DNA of 64,000 nt from Haplodiscus bocki (lineage: Eukaryota): assembly GCA_965655095.1 (NCBI GenBank), contig OZ296650.1, forward strand, positions 69,130,001 through 69,194,000, in the 5' to 3' direction. A model generated the notes under the pieces. That model made no database searches. It was given only the letters and a program-made list of their open reading frames with translations, and was not told where the DNA came from. This document shows, one piece after another, positions 1 to 12,900 of the stretch (position 1 is its first letter; each line of letters starts with the position of its first letter). Made by a program: the position numbers and the translations under genes.

Positions 1-229
1 CATGGTAGTTCTCCCGCTTTCCGTTCGGCTAAGGGGTAGTGTCAAAACTTCGCTGACCGGTTGAAATACTAAGGCCTTGGTAAACTTTCTTTACGTAACG
101 CCTGATAGATCGTAACTACTTTTAACGAAACAAAAACAAACCAGTATCTCCTCTTTTGTTCAATTTCCCGCCTTAATTCAAGCATAAAACATTGAAAAAC
201 GTTAGGAAACCGGAGTTTAGAGTTAAAAT

Positions 230-3200
230 GACTAAACCACAACATGAAAAAAAGTATATTAAGGTGGTACTAAAGCGAAAGCAGAGCTGGAAAAGTACCA
301 ACAACAGCTAAAGGAAGCAGTAGGAAACGCAAAAAGAAAAGTCAGAGTTGAACGTTTGGTTAATTCGTGTGAGGAAGCAAGGACCAAAGGATTTGGTAAT
401 TACAAACAGATCTACACTTTCGCAGATGAAACTACAGACCCCAAAGCCATGAAAAACGATTTAGAAAGGTGGCTAAGTGACGTTAAGGTGAGAATGGGAA
501 TTTGACAAAGCTAGTGAGCACGACGGTGGCCTTCCTCAAATGGAAAACATTTCAAAGTCTTCAGTTAAAACCGTTCAAAAAGCCAAGTGTGCTTCTCAGA
601 CTTCCAGCACGTCTGCTTGCCCAATTTCTTTTCCAAGATATCTAACCAGCCACGAGAAATCCTTCTTCCAAAACTCTAACGCGATATTGAGAGTCGGAAT
701 GAAAGTATGTTGCGTCTGATTCAACAAAAGCAAGAACATGCCTCCAGCGACTCACGCAGGAAAAACAGCGTCTGGAGCAAGAAGATCAAATGAAGAAAGA
801 ACAAGCGTTGACGCTTAGTGCACTGGAGGAAGACAAAACAAGTAAATTGGCGTAAAAAACATGGACTGAATTAGAAGTTGGAGACGATGTGTTAGAAGAC
901 TGCCAATCGTTTTGAGAGGCGTTGTCTAAACCTAGAGCGCACAGTCAGAATGTTAAATCGCTAAGCATGAGTAATTGGGTCATTAACGCTTCAAAAGTCT
1001 CAAACTTATTCAGGTACAAGGCTTTACCGTAAAATCGGACAAACTAGGATCTCAGAGCGGATAACTGAAGCCAAGCTTTACGTCAGCTGGAGTGCCCCAG
1101 GTCTTCAAAACAATCTCGAACAGTTCCTTACAACTACTGCAAGAGCGCCCAGGGTCTCTAACGGGGATTCCTTCCAACGTTGCGACTGGAATTAGTAGAC
1201 CTAACAATATTCCGCCTTTCGTTATTGTTCCTAATCTGACTGATTCGAAGCAGCCATTATTAAACAAGGCCCAACACTCCGTCCAACCGAATGCAACTCG
1301 ACCGCAACATGTACCAACAAATCCAGTTTGAGCAATTGGTGGCTCAACAGATATTTACTTCGCAACCAACCGTCCCAGCCATTCATATCTTGCCAAACCT
1401 GTCACCAGGGAGTTTTCCAACAACAAGAAGAAGTTCAGTGCCAAATGTTAACACATCTCAGTCGGCTTCACAAGGCCTTTTAGGAGCACCAAATATGAGT
1501 ACTGACAACGCTACAGTTTCACAAGTGGTTCCGGCAACAAATTGTGGCACTGTTTACTTGAATCCATTCTCAGTACCGAACGTTGTAGGAGGTACTATTC
1601 CAATTAATATTTCTTCAACAGCTCCAGTGAGAGTGGGAGGACTCAGTTGTACACGCCGGGTCTATTGCAACACCTCGACCGAAACCTAATGCTTTAAAAA
1701 TTTAGCTCACGTGCTTGCGTCCTCAAGGAAAGACGATCTGACCGAATAGAAACTAGCTCAATATAACCGAAATCCTCTGCAATGGCACGAGTGGTCCAGC
1801 CAGTCAAAGAACGCCATCGACTTGGCTCCACTAACAGACGATGCTAAATTGACGTACCTAAAGATTGCAGTGACCGGCAAGTCAAAGACAGATATTGCAG
1901 AGTTTGCATGCTGCGGAACTACGTACAAGGATGTGTGATAACACTGGAGCAGAAGTTCGGGCAGGCACAGGCAGTAGTGAGTGCTTACTTGTACAAACTC
2001 AGCAATTTCCCGCCATTGAAAATGCGCAACAGTGAAAGTCTGATCAGTCATTACGGGACAATATCTGCAATTGTTAGAGTCTGTCGATCATTGCCCTACC
2101 ATCAAGATATATGTAGAGCATCAAAAATGAAACAAGCGACACAAGTTGCTAGCAAATTTGAAATCAACTTGGTCCAAGTATACCGTGATGAACTGGGACA
2201 CTACTTGAATCCAATGACTGGTTGAAAGACAAAGAAGAGGCACATGAGAGAATGAAATTGTCCCATGGAAAACCGAAGACAGCAACGCATGCAATAATGT
2301 CACGAAAACCAAAACCGGAACGAACATTTTTGCTACGACCAGCTTAAATCAGTCACCGTCAATAGGAGTGAAGGCCGAAAATCCACCCATCAGTTGTATT
2401 GATTGTAGAAAGAAACACCCCGTGTGGCGTTGTCTTGGGTTTAGCCAGAAGATGCCTACTTAGCTGACGAAACTGGTTGAAGACATCAAACTTTGGTTCT
2501 CCTGCTTGAAGGGCTATCATTCGTTTCATAAATGCCTAAAACCACGCAAGTGCTCAAAACAAGCCTGCTGAAGCACTCACAATACCTTGCTCCACGGCTC
2601 CGAGACAATTTTTCTTCCAAAAAGCCGCGGAAAAACTTACCAAACAAAAGTCACTCCTGAGAACAATGTAACTATTACTGCAAACAAAACAGAAGAGCCC
2701 TGACATGCCTTTTGTGATGGATGTGAAGGGATTTTTGCAGGAAACTGGGGTCAATTTACAATCATCCTCGAATATTGAAGAAGTCCTTGTCCCCTGTGTT
2801 TCTGCATGCAGTCACTCGTGGATTGCCGAAGACTGAATGTGCAAGGCACACCTATGAAATTTACCGTTCACGGAACTTACTCACATCAAACCATTGAGAA
2901 CCAACTCATATCAAACCATTGACACGCAAATTGTTCAGTTGAAGTTGGCACTGGTTCATTCGGGTGGCTCTTGCCCAGCTTCTGTGGTCACGTCGTATGT
3001 CAGAAAAGATTCAAACGTTGCAACCGACGTTGATGTCGAATCGCTACAAGCACAGTACCCGCACGTAGAACCGATTCTTCTGAGGAAGTACACCTATGGA
3101 GATGTAAAAATGATTCTAGGTCATGATGTTCCACTCTAATACGCCCATTGGAATATCTGGAAACCGACCGGAAGAAAATTCCAACAACCATCTGATTACC

Positions 3201-6200
3201 CTTGGGTTCGGTCTTGAGTGGCCCACTCCCCTCGACTTCAGATCAATTCACGATATGCTCCGAGCCCGTTATTCGAAGACACACCGGTTCAAAGTTAGCC
3301 GACCAACTCCGTAGTTGGAGTCAAACGGAGCCCACAAACAAGTCGACCCGCACTCCGCAGCCGACGCGCGAGCACAGAAGATCCTCCAGGAAACCATACA
3401 CCACGATGGATCCCGATATCACGTTGGTATGCTTTGGGCTGATTTTTGAAGTAATTTACCGAAAATATATTTTTTGGCATTAGTTCAACTCGAATAGCTT
3501 GAAGGCCGCCTTGGAAAAATTCGAATTAAAAAAACAGTATTTTGAGACAATCCCTGACGATTTTTCAGAAGGTTACATCGTCGAAGTCGAGAAGTTTACT
3601 TGTTTTCCGACCTACAAACCCCGTTAGTGGTATTTACCACACCACTCGGTATTTGACCCGTACAAACCCGGCAAGGTAGGAGGGTTCCTCAACGGCGCTG
3701 GTAAGTTTCAAGGCCATTCACTGAACAAGGCGCTTCCAACCAAGTCTGACTTGCTTGAAAACTTGATTCACGTGCTACTCCGTTTCCGGAAGCAACACAA
3801 TTTCAGCAGAAATTGAGGGAATGTTTCACCAAGTGAGAATCACTACAAAAAAAACAAGCGTCTCAGCGTTTTTTGTGGCGGGAGGAACTTCCAACTGTTT
3901 CAGTACGTTTGCTACATTTTCGGATCAAAAGATTCGGATCAAAAATGAGACAAGCGACACAAGTTGCAAGCAAATTTGAAATCAACTTGGTCCAAGTATA
4001 CCGTGATGAACTGGGAAACTACTTGAATCCAAAGACTGGTTGAAAGACAAAGAAGAGGCACATGAGAGAATGAAATTGTCCCATGGAAAACCGAAGACAG
4101 CAACGCATCTAATAATGTCACGAAAACCAAAACCGGAACGAACATTTTTGCTACGACCAGCTTAAATCAGTCACCATCAATAGGAGTGAAGGCCGAAAAT
4201 CCACCCATCAGTTGTATTGATTGTAGAAAGAAACACCCCGTGTGGCGTTGTCTTGGGTTTAGCCAGAAGATGCCTACTTAGCTGACGAAACTGGTTGAAG
4301 ACATCAAACTTTGGTTCTCCTGCTTGAAGGGCTATCATTCGTTTCATAAATGCCTAAAACCACGCAAGTGCTCAAAACAAGCCTGCTGAAGCACTCACAA
4401 TACCTGCTCCACGGCTCCGAGACAATTTTTCTTCCAAAAAGCCGCGGAAAAACTTACCAAACAAAAGTCACTCCTGAGAACAATGTAACTATTACTGCAA
4501 ACAAAACAGAAGAGCCCTGACATGCCTTTTGTGATGGATGTGAAGGGATTTTTGCAGGAAACTGGGGTCAATTTACAATCATCCTCGAATATTGAAGAAG
4601 TCCTTGTCCCCTGTGTTTCTGCATGCAGTCACTCGTGGATTGCCGAAGACTGAATGTGCAAGGCACACCTATGAAATTTACCGTTCACGGAACTTACTCA
4701 CATCAAACCATTGAGAACCAACTCATATCAAACCATTGACACGCAAATTGTTCAGTTGAAGTTGGCACTGGTTCATTCGGGTGGCTCTTGCCCAGCTTCT
4801 GTGGTCACGCCGTATGTCAGAAAAGATTCAAACGTTGCAACCGACGTTGATGTCGAATCGCTACAAGCACAGTACCCGCACGTAGAACCGATTCTTCTGA
4901 GGAAGTACACCTATGGAGATGTAAAAATGATTCTAGGTCATGATGTTCCACTCTAATACGCCCATTGGAATATCTGGAAACCGACCGGAAGAAAATTCCA
5001 ACAACCATCTGATTACCCTTGGGTTCGGTCTTGAGTGGCCCACTCCCCTCGACTTCAGATCAATTCACGATATGCTCCGAGCCCGTTATTCGAAGACACA
5101 CCGGTTCAAAGTTAGCCGACCAACTCCGTAGTTGGAGTCAAACGGAGCCCACAAACAAGTCGACCCGCACTCCGCAGCCGACGCGCGAGCACAGAAGATC
5201 CTCCAGGAAACCATATACCACGATGGATCCCGATATCACGTTGGTATGCTTTGGGCTGATTTTTGAAGTAGTTTACCGAAAATGTATTTTTTGGCATTAG
5301 TTCAACTTGAATAGCTTGAAGGCCGCCTTGGAAAAATTCGAATTAAAAAAACAGTATTTTGAGACAATCCCTGACGATTTTTCAGAAGGTTACATCGTCG
5401 AAGTCGAGAAGTTTACTTGTTTTCCGACCTACAAACCCCGTTAGTGGTATTTACCACACCACTCGGTATTTCACCCGTACAAACCCGGCAAGGTAGGAGG
5501 GTTCCTCAACGGCGCTGGTAAGTTTCAAGGCCATTCACTGAACAAGGCGCTTCCAACCAAGTCTGACTTGCTTGAAAACTTGATTCACGTGCTACTCCGT
5601 TTCCGGAAGCAACACAATTTCAGCAGAAATTGAGGGAATGTTTCACCAAGTGAGAATCAGTACAAAAAAACAAGCGTCTCAGCGTTTTTTGTGGCGGGAG
5701 GAATTTCCAACTGTTTCAGTACGTTTGCTACATTTTCGGATCAAAAGATTCGGATCAAAAATGAGACAAGCGACACAAGTTGCTAGCAAATTTGAAATCA
5801 ACTTGGTCCAAGTATACCGTGATGAACTGGGACACTACTTGAATCCAATGACTGGTTGAAAGACAAAGAAGAGGCACATGAGAGAATGAAATTGTCCCAT
5901 GGAAAACCGAAGACAGCAACGCATCTACTAATGTCACGAAAACCAAAACCGGAACGAACATTTTTGCTACGACCAGCTTAAATCAGTCACCATCAATAGG
6001 AGTGAAGGCCGAAAATCCACCCATCAGTTGCATTGATTGTAGAAAGAAACACCCCGTGTGGCGTTGTCTTGGGTTTAGCCAGAAGATGCCTACATAGCTG
6101 ACGAAACTGGTTGAAGACATCAAACTTTGGTTCTCCTGCTTGAAGGGCTATCATTCGTTTCATAAATGCCTAAAACCACGCAAGTGCTCAAAACAAGCCT

Positions 6201-7845
6201 GCTGAAGCACTCAATACCTGCTCCACGGCTCCGAGAGAATTTTTCTTCCAAAAAGCCGCGGAAAAACTTACCAAACAAAAGTCACTCCTGAGAACAATGT
6301 AACTATTACTGCAAACAAAACAGAAGAGCCCTGACATGCCTTTTGTGATGGATGTGAAGGGATTTTTGCAGGAAACTGGGGTCAATTTACAATCATCCTC
6401 GAATATTGAAGAAGTCCTTGTCCCCTGTGTTTCTGCATGCAGTCACTCGTGGATTGCCGAAGACTGAAAGTGCAAGGCACACCTATGAAATTTACCGTTC
6501 ACGGAACTTACTCACATCAAACCATTGAGAACCAACTCATATCAAACCATTGACACGCAAATTGTTCAGTTGAAGTTGGCACTGGTTCATTCGGGTGGCT
6601 CTTGCCCAGCTTCTGTGGTCACGCCGTATGTCAGAAAAGATTCAAACGTTGCAACCGACGTTGATGTCGAATCGCTACAAGCACAGTACCCGCACGTAGA
6701 ACCGATTCTTCTGAGGAAGTACACCTATGGAGATGTAAAAATGATTCTAGGTCATGATGTTCCACTCTAATACGCCCATTGGAATATCTGGAAACCGACC
6801 GGAAGAAAATTCCAACAACCATCTGATTACCCTTGGGTTCGGTCTTGAGTGGCCCACTCCCCTCGACTTCAGATCAATTCACGATATGCTCCGAGCCCGT
6901 TATTCGAAGACACACCGGTTCAAAGTTAGCCGACCAACTCCGTAGTTGGAGTCAAACGGAGCCCACAAACAAGTCGACCCGCACTCCGCAGCCGACGCGC
7001 GAGCACAGAAGATCCTCCAGGAAACCATATACCACGATGGATCCCGATATCACGTTGGTATGCTTTGGGCTGATTTTTGAAGTAGTTTACCGAAAATGTA
7101 TTTTTTGGCATTAGTTCAACTTGAATAGCTTGAAGGCCGCCTTGGAAAAATTCGAATTAAAAAAACAGTATTTTGAGACAATCCCTGACGATTTTTCAGA
7201 AGGTTACATCGTCGAAGTCGAGAAGTTTACTTGTTTTCCGACCTACAAACCCCGTTAGTGGTATTTACCACACCACTCGGTATTTCACCCGTACAAACCC
7301 GGCAAGGTAGGAGGGTTCCTCAACGGCGCTGGTAAGTTTCAAGGCCATTCACTGAACAAGGCGCTTCCAACCAAGTCTGACTTGCTTGAAAACTTGATTC
7401 ACGTGCTACTCCGTTTCCGGAAGCAACACAATTTCAGCACAAATTGAGGGAATGTTTCACCAAGTGAGAATCACTACAAAAAAAACAAGCGTCTCAGCGT
7501 TTTTTGTGGCGGGAGGAACTTCCAACTGTTTCAGTACGTTTGCTACATTTTCGGATCAAAAGATTCGCAAACGTGTGCTAACTAGACTCTTAAACCAACC
7601 GCCACAGACAACCACAGTGAATTTCCGGAAGCCGCAGAGAGTCAGCAACAACTTTTACATGGATAACTATCTAAGTCAGTCAGAGCCAAGTCAGATTGTT
7701 GAACAACCAACCGGAACAGCCCAAAATCTCATGAAGCTGTTCACCAGGCGGGTTTACACTAACCAAGTTTGTGACGAACGAACCAAGCATTTCGTTTCAA
7801 CTTCAACATGGCTGCAAATCTCACCAAAAAGACAGAAGTGCTACC
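230..7845 (+). mobile_element. Degenerate BEL/Pao LTR retrotransposon: gag, three Cys-His knuckles, protease and RT (frameshifted; middle part triplicated)
   Basis: Manual translation across frameshifts gives gag-like text at ~1740-2110 (KLAQY.GNPLQWHEW..., DDAKLTYLK.AVTGK, TLEQKFGQAQAVVSAYL). Knuckles read CIDCRKKHPVWRC, SCLKGYHSFHKC and C..THNTLLH (~2395-2600). The protease-like stretch reads VSACSHSWI, ILGHD and VLSGPLP. The BEL RT region reads YLPHHSVF.PYKPGKV, DLLENLIHVLLRFR, EGMFHQV, RFLWRE and NFYMDNYL (~7650). The left boundary and LTRs were not identified. Confidence 0.88.
2120..7567 (+). repeat. Three near-identical tandem copies of a ~1816-bp BEL/Pao internal segment
   Basis: Units start at ATCAAAAATGA (2120, 3938, 5754; periods 1818 and 1816). 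Near-identical ORFs recur at 2894/4711/6525 and 3202/5019/6833. The third copy runs on into unique RT sequence after 7567. Confidence 0.97.
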
Positions 7846-8335
7846 GTCGAAGTCGCTACTCATTTTCGATGGTAAACTTGAGCCGGAAGTTCCTGGCAGG
7901 AAGTGGTGTGGAGTTGAGACATCCAAATCAGTCGCGTGAGCAATTGCTGGACCTAGTGGGCGAGAGTTTAGACTTCGTCCAACTGGACAGTTTTTGTCGT
8001 TAGAATACCATCGGTCAGTTTTCTAATACGAATATTCGCGCAGAAAACCTGCTTAAAATTTCTCACCGAATGTTCCCAAAAACCTCCGTTGTGGCAGACT
8101 CGGTGGGTTGAATTTCCACTTGACAAACTTTTTAACCAAATTTTCAGTCAAAACTTGCTGATTCCAATTGAAGATGTTGTTCAACAAAATTCTTCTCACC
8201 GGCAATAAAGTTCGTCCCGTTATCGGACCAGATGGCGGATGGAACGCCTCACCTAGAGACAAAGCTTTCAAGGCCCGTCACACAACTATTGGTGTCAATT
8301 GATCATACTACTTCGTAATGGTTGTAACCAACCTG
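7846..8335 (-). mobile_element. BEL/Pao integrase core fragment, inverted relative to the upstream gag-pol
   Basis: The minus strand reads EVV*SIDTNSCV.G.ESFVSR*GVPSAIWSDNGTNFIAGEK, then WNQQVLTENLVKKFVKWKFNPPS, RKLTDGILTT, LNSRPL and TPHHFLPG. These match BEL integrase motifs SDNGTNF, WKFNPP.APH.GG, LNSRPL and LTPNHFL. Confidence 0.85.
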
Positions 8336-8587
8336 AAAAGCTGTAATTTCGACTCCATACAGCTCATTCGCTTCAAAATAGGGATTCAGAACAACATAAT
8401 TCTCTCGGTGTTCTCTGTGTCTTGTCTCGTTTCTCGGCCAGTATTTTTCAAATCAACAAATCAAGAAGCGGCAAACTGGCAACAGAACAAATTTACATTT
8501 AAAACAATTGAATCGATCGCAAGACTTTTTCAAGGTTATTTTATCGAAAATTGAAAGATATCTGAGATCTTAGGAAAAAACGCTTGT

Positions 8588-8657
8588 GCCTTTAGCGGGA
8601 TTCAACCCGCGGACTTTCGAATCTCAAACCGACACGGTACCTCTAGACCATCGGTCC
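8588..8657 (-). pseudogene. tRNA-like sequence (tRNA pseudogene or tRNA-derived SINE head, Pro-like 5' half)
   Basis: The reverse complement is GGACCGATGGTCTAGAGGTACCGTGTCGGTTTGAGATTCGAAAGTCCGCGGGTTGAATCCCGCTAAAGGC. It has an A-box (TGGTCTAGAGG), a T-arm (GCGGG-TTGAAT-CCCGC, B-box lacking one C) and a T6 run ~7 nt downstream. The acceptor stem does not pair, so it is not a functional tRNA. Confidence 0.6.
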
Positions 8658-9663
8658 ATTAAAAAGTAAAAACTTCTATCGTTTATAATTTTGCTTCGCC
8701 AAATCCTCCGGGCCTAAGAAAATGAGGAAAGTCTTCCAGAACATTAAGAGACATGAATGTGTTTTGAAAATGGTTTTTCCAACAGCTTTTACATGATCAG
8801 AGACGTTAAAGGTTTTGACTTCAGGGTCCCAAAAGGGTACATTTGTTTAGCAATGGATCCCCTGTTTTTATGTGCACTGTTTGAGAAGAGTAGTTGGAAG
8901 GCAGAAAGACCTTCATTCGCGTTACTCTCCGGACAGATTCACCAAAAAACATATTCACCTAGTTGTAGGAAAAACAAATTGTCTCCGGCGAAAATTAATG
9001 AAGCAAGCTGAATCGTTCCCGAAATGAAAGAAATAGTGTTATGCTATTGTTGTAAGCGAAATTTGGGAGCTGGTAAACTGTTGGATTAGAGGTTATGTAA
9101 AATTTGAGAGCTGATCCGACACAGCACTCAGTGGAAGAAGAGATGATGAATCCATGTCCCGCGTCATCACTGAGCGCAGAGGGAATTAGAATGCTGTCAA
9201 GAAAATTGCCATTTTCATGCCTAGATTCAAAGATGGAGTGGTTCAGACGAAAATGTGCACATACAGATTACAATGAATAAATGCATTCAAAAGCAAGGAT
9301 TATCTCGCATTAGTAAAACTAAAGTTGGCCAGTTACCTTTAAGCAAATTAAATTCACCGAATAGACATAGGTGTCCGAATGAAGGTTTGTTTATCAACAT
9401 AGTTACATAGAAAAGAATACGTTTGTCAGAAGGTTTACCATCATGTCTACGCCGATTTCATATTGACTTTTCAGAAGTTTCAAATACTTCTCTGGAACTA
9501 TTTATTAAGTTTATCACAACAATTAGGTTATTCGTGATTCAAAAAGTGAAGCTCCGCCAAACTATACCGCTGGAATATATTTCAATTCAACCCTGCCCCA
9601 AAATCAGAACATCGATTTCGCAAAACGGGACAAAAGAACCATGACATTGATTGGCGAATTGAT

Positions 9664-9912
9664 TTACAACAAATCAAAACATTGAAAGATAACCTTTTGG
9701 TGAAGTTTCATCAATTCACTGGAGCTGTCGGCTTCGCGGGCAAGATCATTGTCAAATGGAGCAAAGTACACGAGGTAGACTAAGCAGACAAGTTGGAACG
9801 CAGCGCAAGCATAGAGAGAAATCCTCAAAAACGATTCAAACAACGACTCTTTGGGAATCAATTCGTTGACATCAAAAACATTTGTGCTAGTTTGCTCCAA
9901 TATTTCTTCCAT
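9664..9912 (-). CDS. MANBAL/UPF0239-like small single-pass membrane protein (possibly one exon, or a pseudogene)
   Basis: From the ATG at 9912 it reads MEEILEQTSTNVFDVNELIPKESLFESFLRISLYACAAFQLVCLVYLVYFAP. This resembles the remembered MANBAL core P.E.....LLRYGL..GA.FQL.C. A possible donor AAG|GTTATC follows 9694; the usual Lys-rich tail is not seen. Confidence 0.55.
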   Translation of the reverse strand: MEEILEQTSTNVFDVNELIPKESLFESFLRISLYACAAFQLVCLVYLVYFAPFDNDLAREADSSSELMKLHQKVIFQCFDLL

Positions 9913-12900
9913 TAAATCACAATGCCTGGACTGGACGCAAGAAAAATCTAAAGCAATATTAGAAACATTATTAGGAGACATGAGGTAAAGGTAAATCAGT
10001 TGTAATTACCACAACCAGTTTTAGTGCATTTTCGGTTGCCCGAAGGGATTTCTCACCAACGTTTTGATTCTCACTTAACGTATAAAATTGAAAAACCTCT
10101 GAATTCGGGCCGCTGACCGAAGAAAATAATGACCCATGAAAAATTGTCATTTCTTCAGTGTCCAGACTCAAAGCAAAATGCTTCAAAATCTGAATTCATC
10201 AAAAAGCAAATAGAAACAGAAACGCTTCTGAAACTATTAAATTTTGCCAAGTAAAAAAAATGGTTTACAAATAAAGGGAAATAAAGGAAAAAGGGGGGCA
10301 TCATTTATCATTAATAGAAGACGTCCAAGCTGCATGTTATTACTCGCTCTACGTTAAGATTGCTGAACGTTTCATCTGACAGAGAGGCGAAGCTGCGCCT
10401 CGCAAGTTGCGCCAATGGAGTATAGCGGACAAATCGAACAAGGATAACTGATTTTTGAAGAGGCCACGGTACTACGAAAAGTACTTATTGAAAGATTTGA
10501 ACAGAAATTTAACTCGGTTAATTCTTTATAAATTTGAAACAAGGGCGCACGCTGGAAAATAGGTCACGTGAAAAACCTTTTCCAACTGCACGAGAGTGCA
10601 TGAACAAATAGTTGCAAGAAAGCGAAAGCACATGAATATTTTTTTGCAAAAAAGCGAGAACACATGAACAAGAACATTAGAATTTAGGAAAAAATGCGAG
10701 TTGTGAAAGGATTGTAAAAGTCCGCAGAAGCCTGTGATGAACACAACTTCGAAGTGAGAAGAAGGAGCTAGTCCATAAAACTAAATTCATTGTTATTGAA
10801 AAAAGGCCTGCAAAAATAGCAACAGTTGTCATCAGACGGCACAAAGATTCAATCGAAAACTAAGTCCGATATAATGTACAAAAAAGGGCACTGGAAAGAA
10901 AACATATCATACACAGCAGAGTGAAAGAAAACATTGTATCTCATGTGGTAAAAAGACAGCAAGAGCAACAATGGTATTTTTTACAAATAAAAATTATCTT
11001 CCACCTATATTTATAAGATGGAAGGAAAATCATCCACTCAACGCCGCGCGTTTTTTTCATGGTTACTTGCCATATGTTCGGACAGAATGAACGGACGGCG
11101 ATTCTAAATGTGAAAAATTTTCATCACCAAATTATGCCAAAATTTGCCGTAGAATGCGTAATAGGAGTCTGCAAATCATTGAACTGATTTTCAAATAATT
11201 GTGCTACATTGAACTGAGTCAAGCCTCGCGAATTGAAAGTTTCAATTCACCTAGTTAACAATATTTGTAACAAAAAAAAGTGTAATTAGGCATTAAAAAC
11301 TTTTCGTGTTTCCAGATTCGACACAATTTAGAGGGCGCAAATTGCCCTTTGGCATTTAAAAATTTTTTTGAACTTTTTTTAACTTTTTGAATTTGAAGCT
11401 TCCCAGAAAGTAACGGCAGGATAAGCAGGAGCCAATTTTTTGAAATGATGGTGCCTTTTAAAAGTACGAGATAGCTGGGACTTTAAAGATAGTGAATTGA
11501 TTTTGAAATGAATTGTTGTCATGTCATTGACTTTCCTGACATGAACTTTGAAATTAATTGGGAAGCGCATGCGATACCATATTAGTACATGTAAACAATT
11601 GTTTAGATTATAAATTGTTCGGTCTTGCTGTTTCATAAACTTCTCTCAACTACTACAGTCGTTAGTACTTTTTACCTGGAAAAGTCCGGTACCAAATCAT
11701 TTTCAAAGCCTTACTGCTCAAGTTCTTACTGGTGTCAATTGAGTGCGATCACTCATTTTTAGCGTAAAAACGAATTCAAGCATCCGAGTCAACTGAAGAA
11801 ATTGACAAAGTCAAAAAAACATCGATATTGAGACGTCGTTTTTTGGTCTAACAAGATCTAACGTGTAGGGGGAGCACGGATGCTGACTTATCGTCAAAAT
11901 TGGAAAACTTCGGCATCCTGTAACTTTGAATTCAACTGAACAAGACAAGTTGCCTAATGTGCTTCATTCGTTGACCCACAGTTACGCCGCCATTCTCTTA
12001 CGCCTAGGCAACCCACAGGTGATGAGGCAAAGTAGCAAAAAGCGATAGACTGTTTGTGGGAGGAACCGAGGACTGGAACTCATAGGGCGACTTTTTGCAA
12101 CTAGCCGGTTAAATTTCTCAAAGAAAGAATCCAAGTATCATTCCTAGACATACATACTTGGTAGAAAGTTTGTGCCAGAGACTTATCACCGAGCTCTTGT
12201 GTAGCAATATAGTGTTAAAGACTCGGAAATATCATAGCAAGATGGTTAAGGAAGCCAGGCCAATTTGATATCGAACGCGAGCACAACGCAGGAAGAGACA
12301 TTCCTCAAGCCGATTGTATATCAAGAGTGCACACCGATGAACGCTGTCTGACAAACTTTGTTGCCGCGTCAACGAAAAACTTTCACAACACAGACGAGGC
12401 CTCCACTAATCCGCGTAGTTCGCTCCGAAACACAGACAGAAGAAGCATTCAAAAGAAACCAAAAAAATACAAAAAACCTCTGCAAGTCTTTATTTGGTTA
12501 GAAATCAAACACCGACCAACTCGGCAAAACATGACAGACCTTCGGAAGAACTGTGGAGTTTTTGGGCCGACTCCGGAAACCATGATCTAGGAGATGGAAT
12601 TCTACACAGAAGGAAAATTTTGGAAACATCCGGACATTCATAACAACAAGTTACCATTAAGGAGAATCAACTTACGCATATATAAACAATGCTTCACAAG
12701 TCTCAATTTACAGTCCATTTTGGTGACAGCAAAATTTTAGGAGAGCTCAGAAATTTTTGTGGTGTCATCGAGAACTAGAACTGATGTGGTCAAATGGGTT
12801 TGAAAAAAAATGAATGTCTGAGACAGATACGACGCCCCAAAAACACGGTTATAGCCTCAGTACTCGGCAGCCTTGTCATCCATTCCGACAGGTGTCTCTG

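Noticed and set aside
10320-10760. Possible gag-like remnant with Cys/His residues
   Set aside because: No complete CCHC motif or sustained reading frame.
11558-11582. TTGGGAAGCGCATG motif with an inverted copy at ~46945-46959, suggesting TIRs around the array
   Set aside because: Similarity does not extend convincingly beyond ~25 bp, and the positions do not coincide with the array or element boundaries.
11730-11742. TGGTGTCAATTGA (also at 8290) as a retrotransposon primer-binding site
   Set aside because: The 8290 copy is simply antisense integrase coding sequence (SIDT). No LTR or matching tRNA 3' end could be established for 11730.
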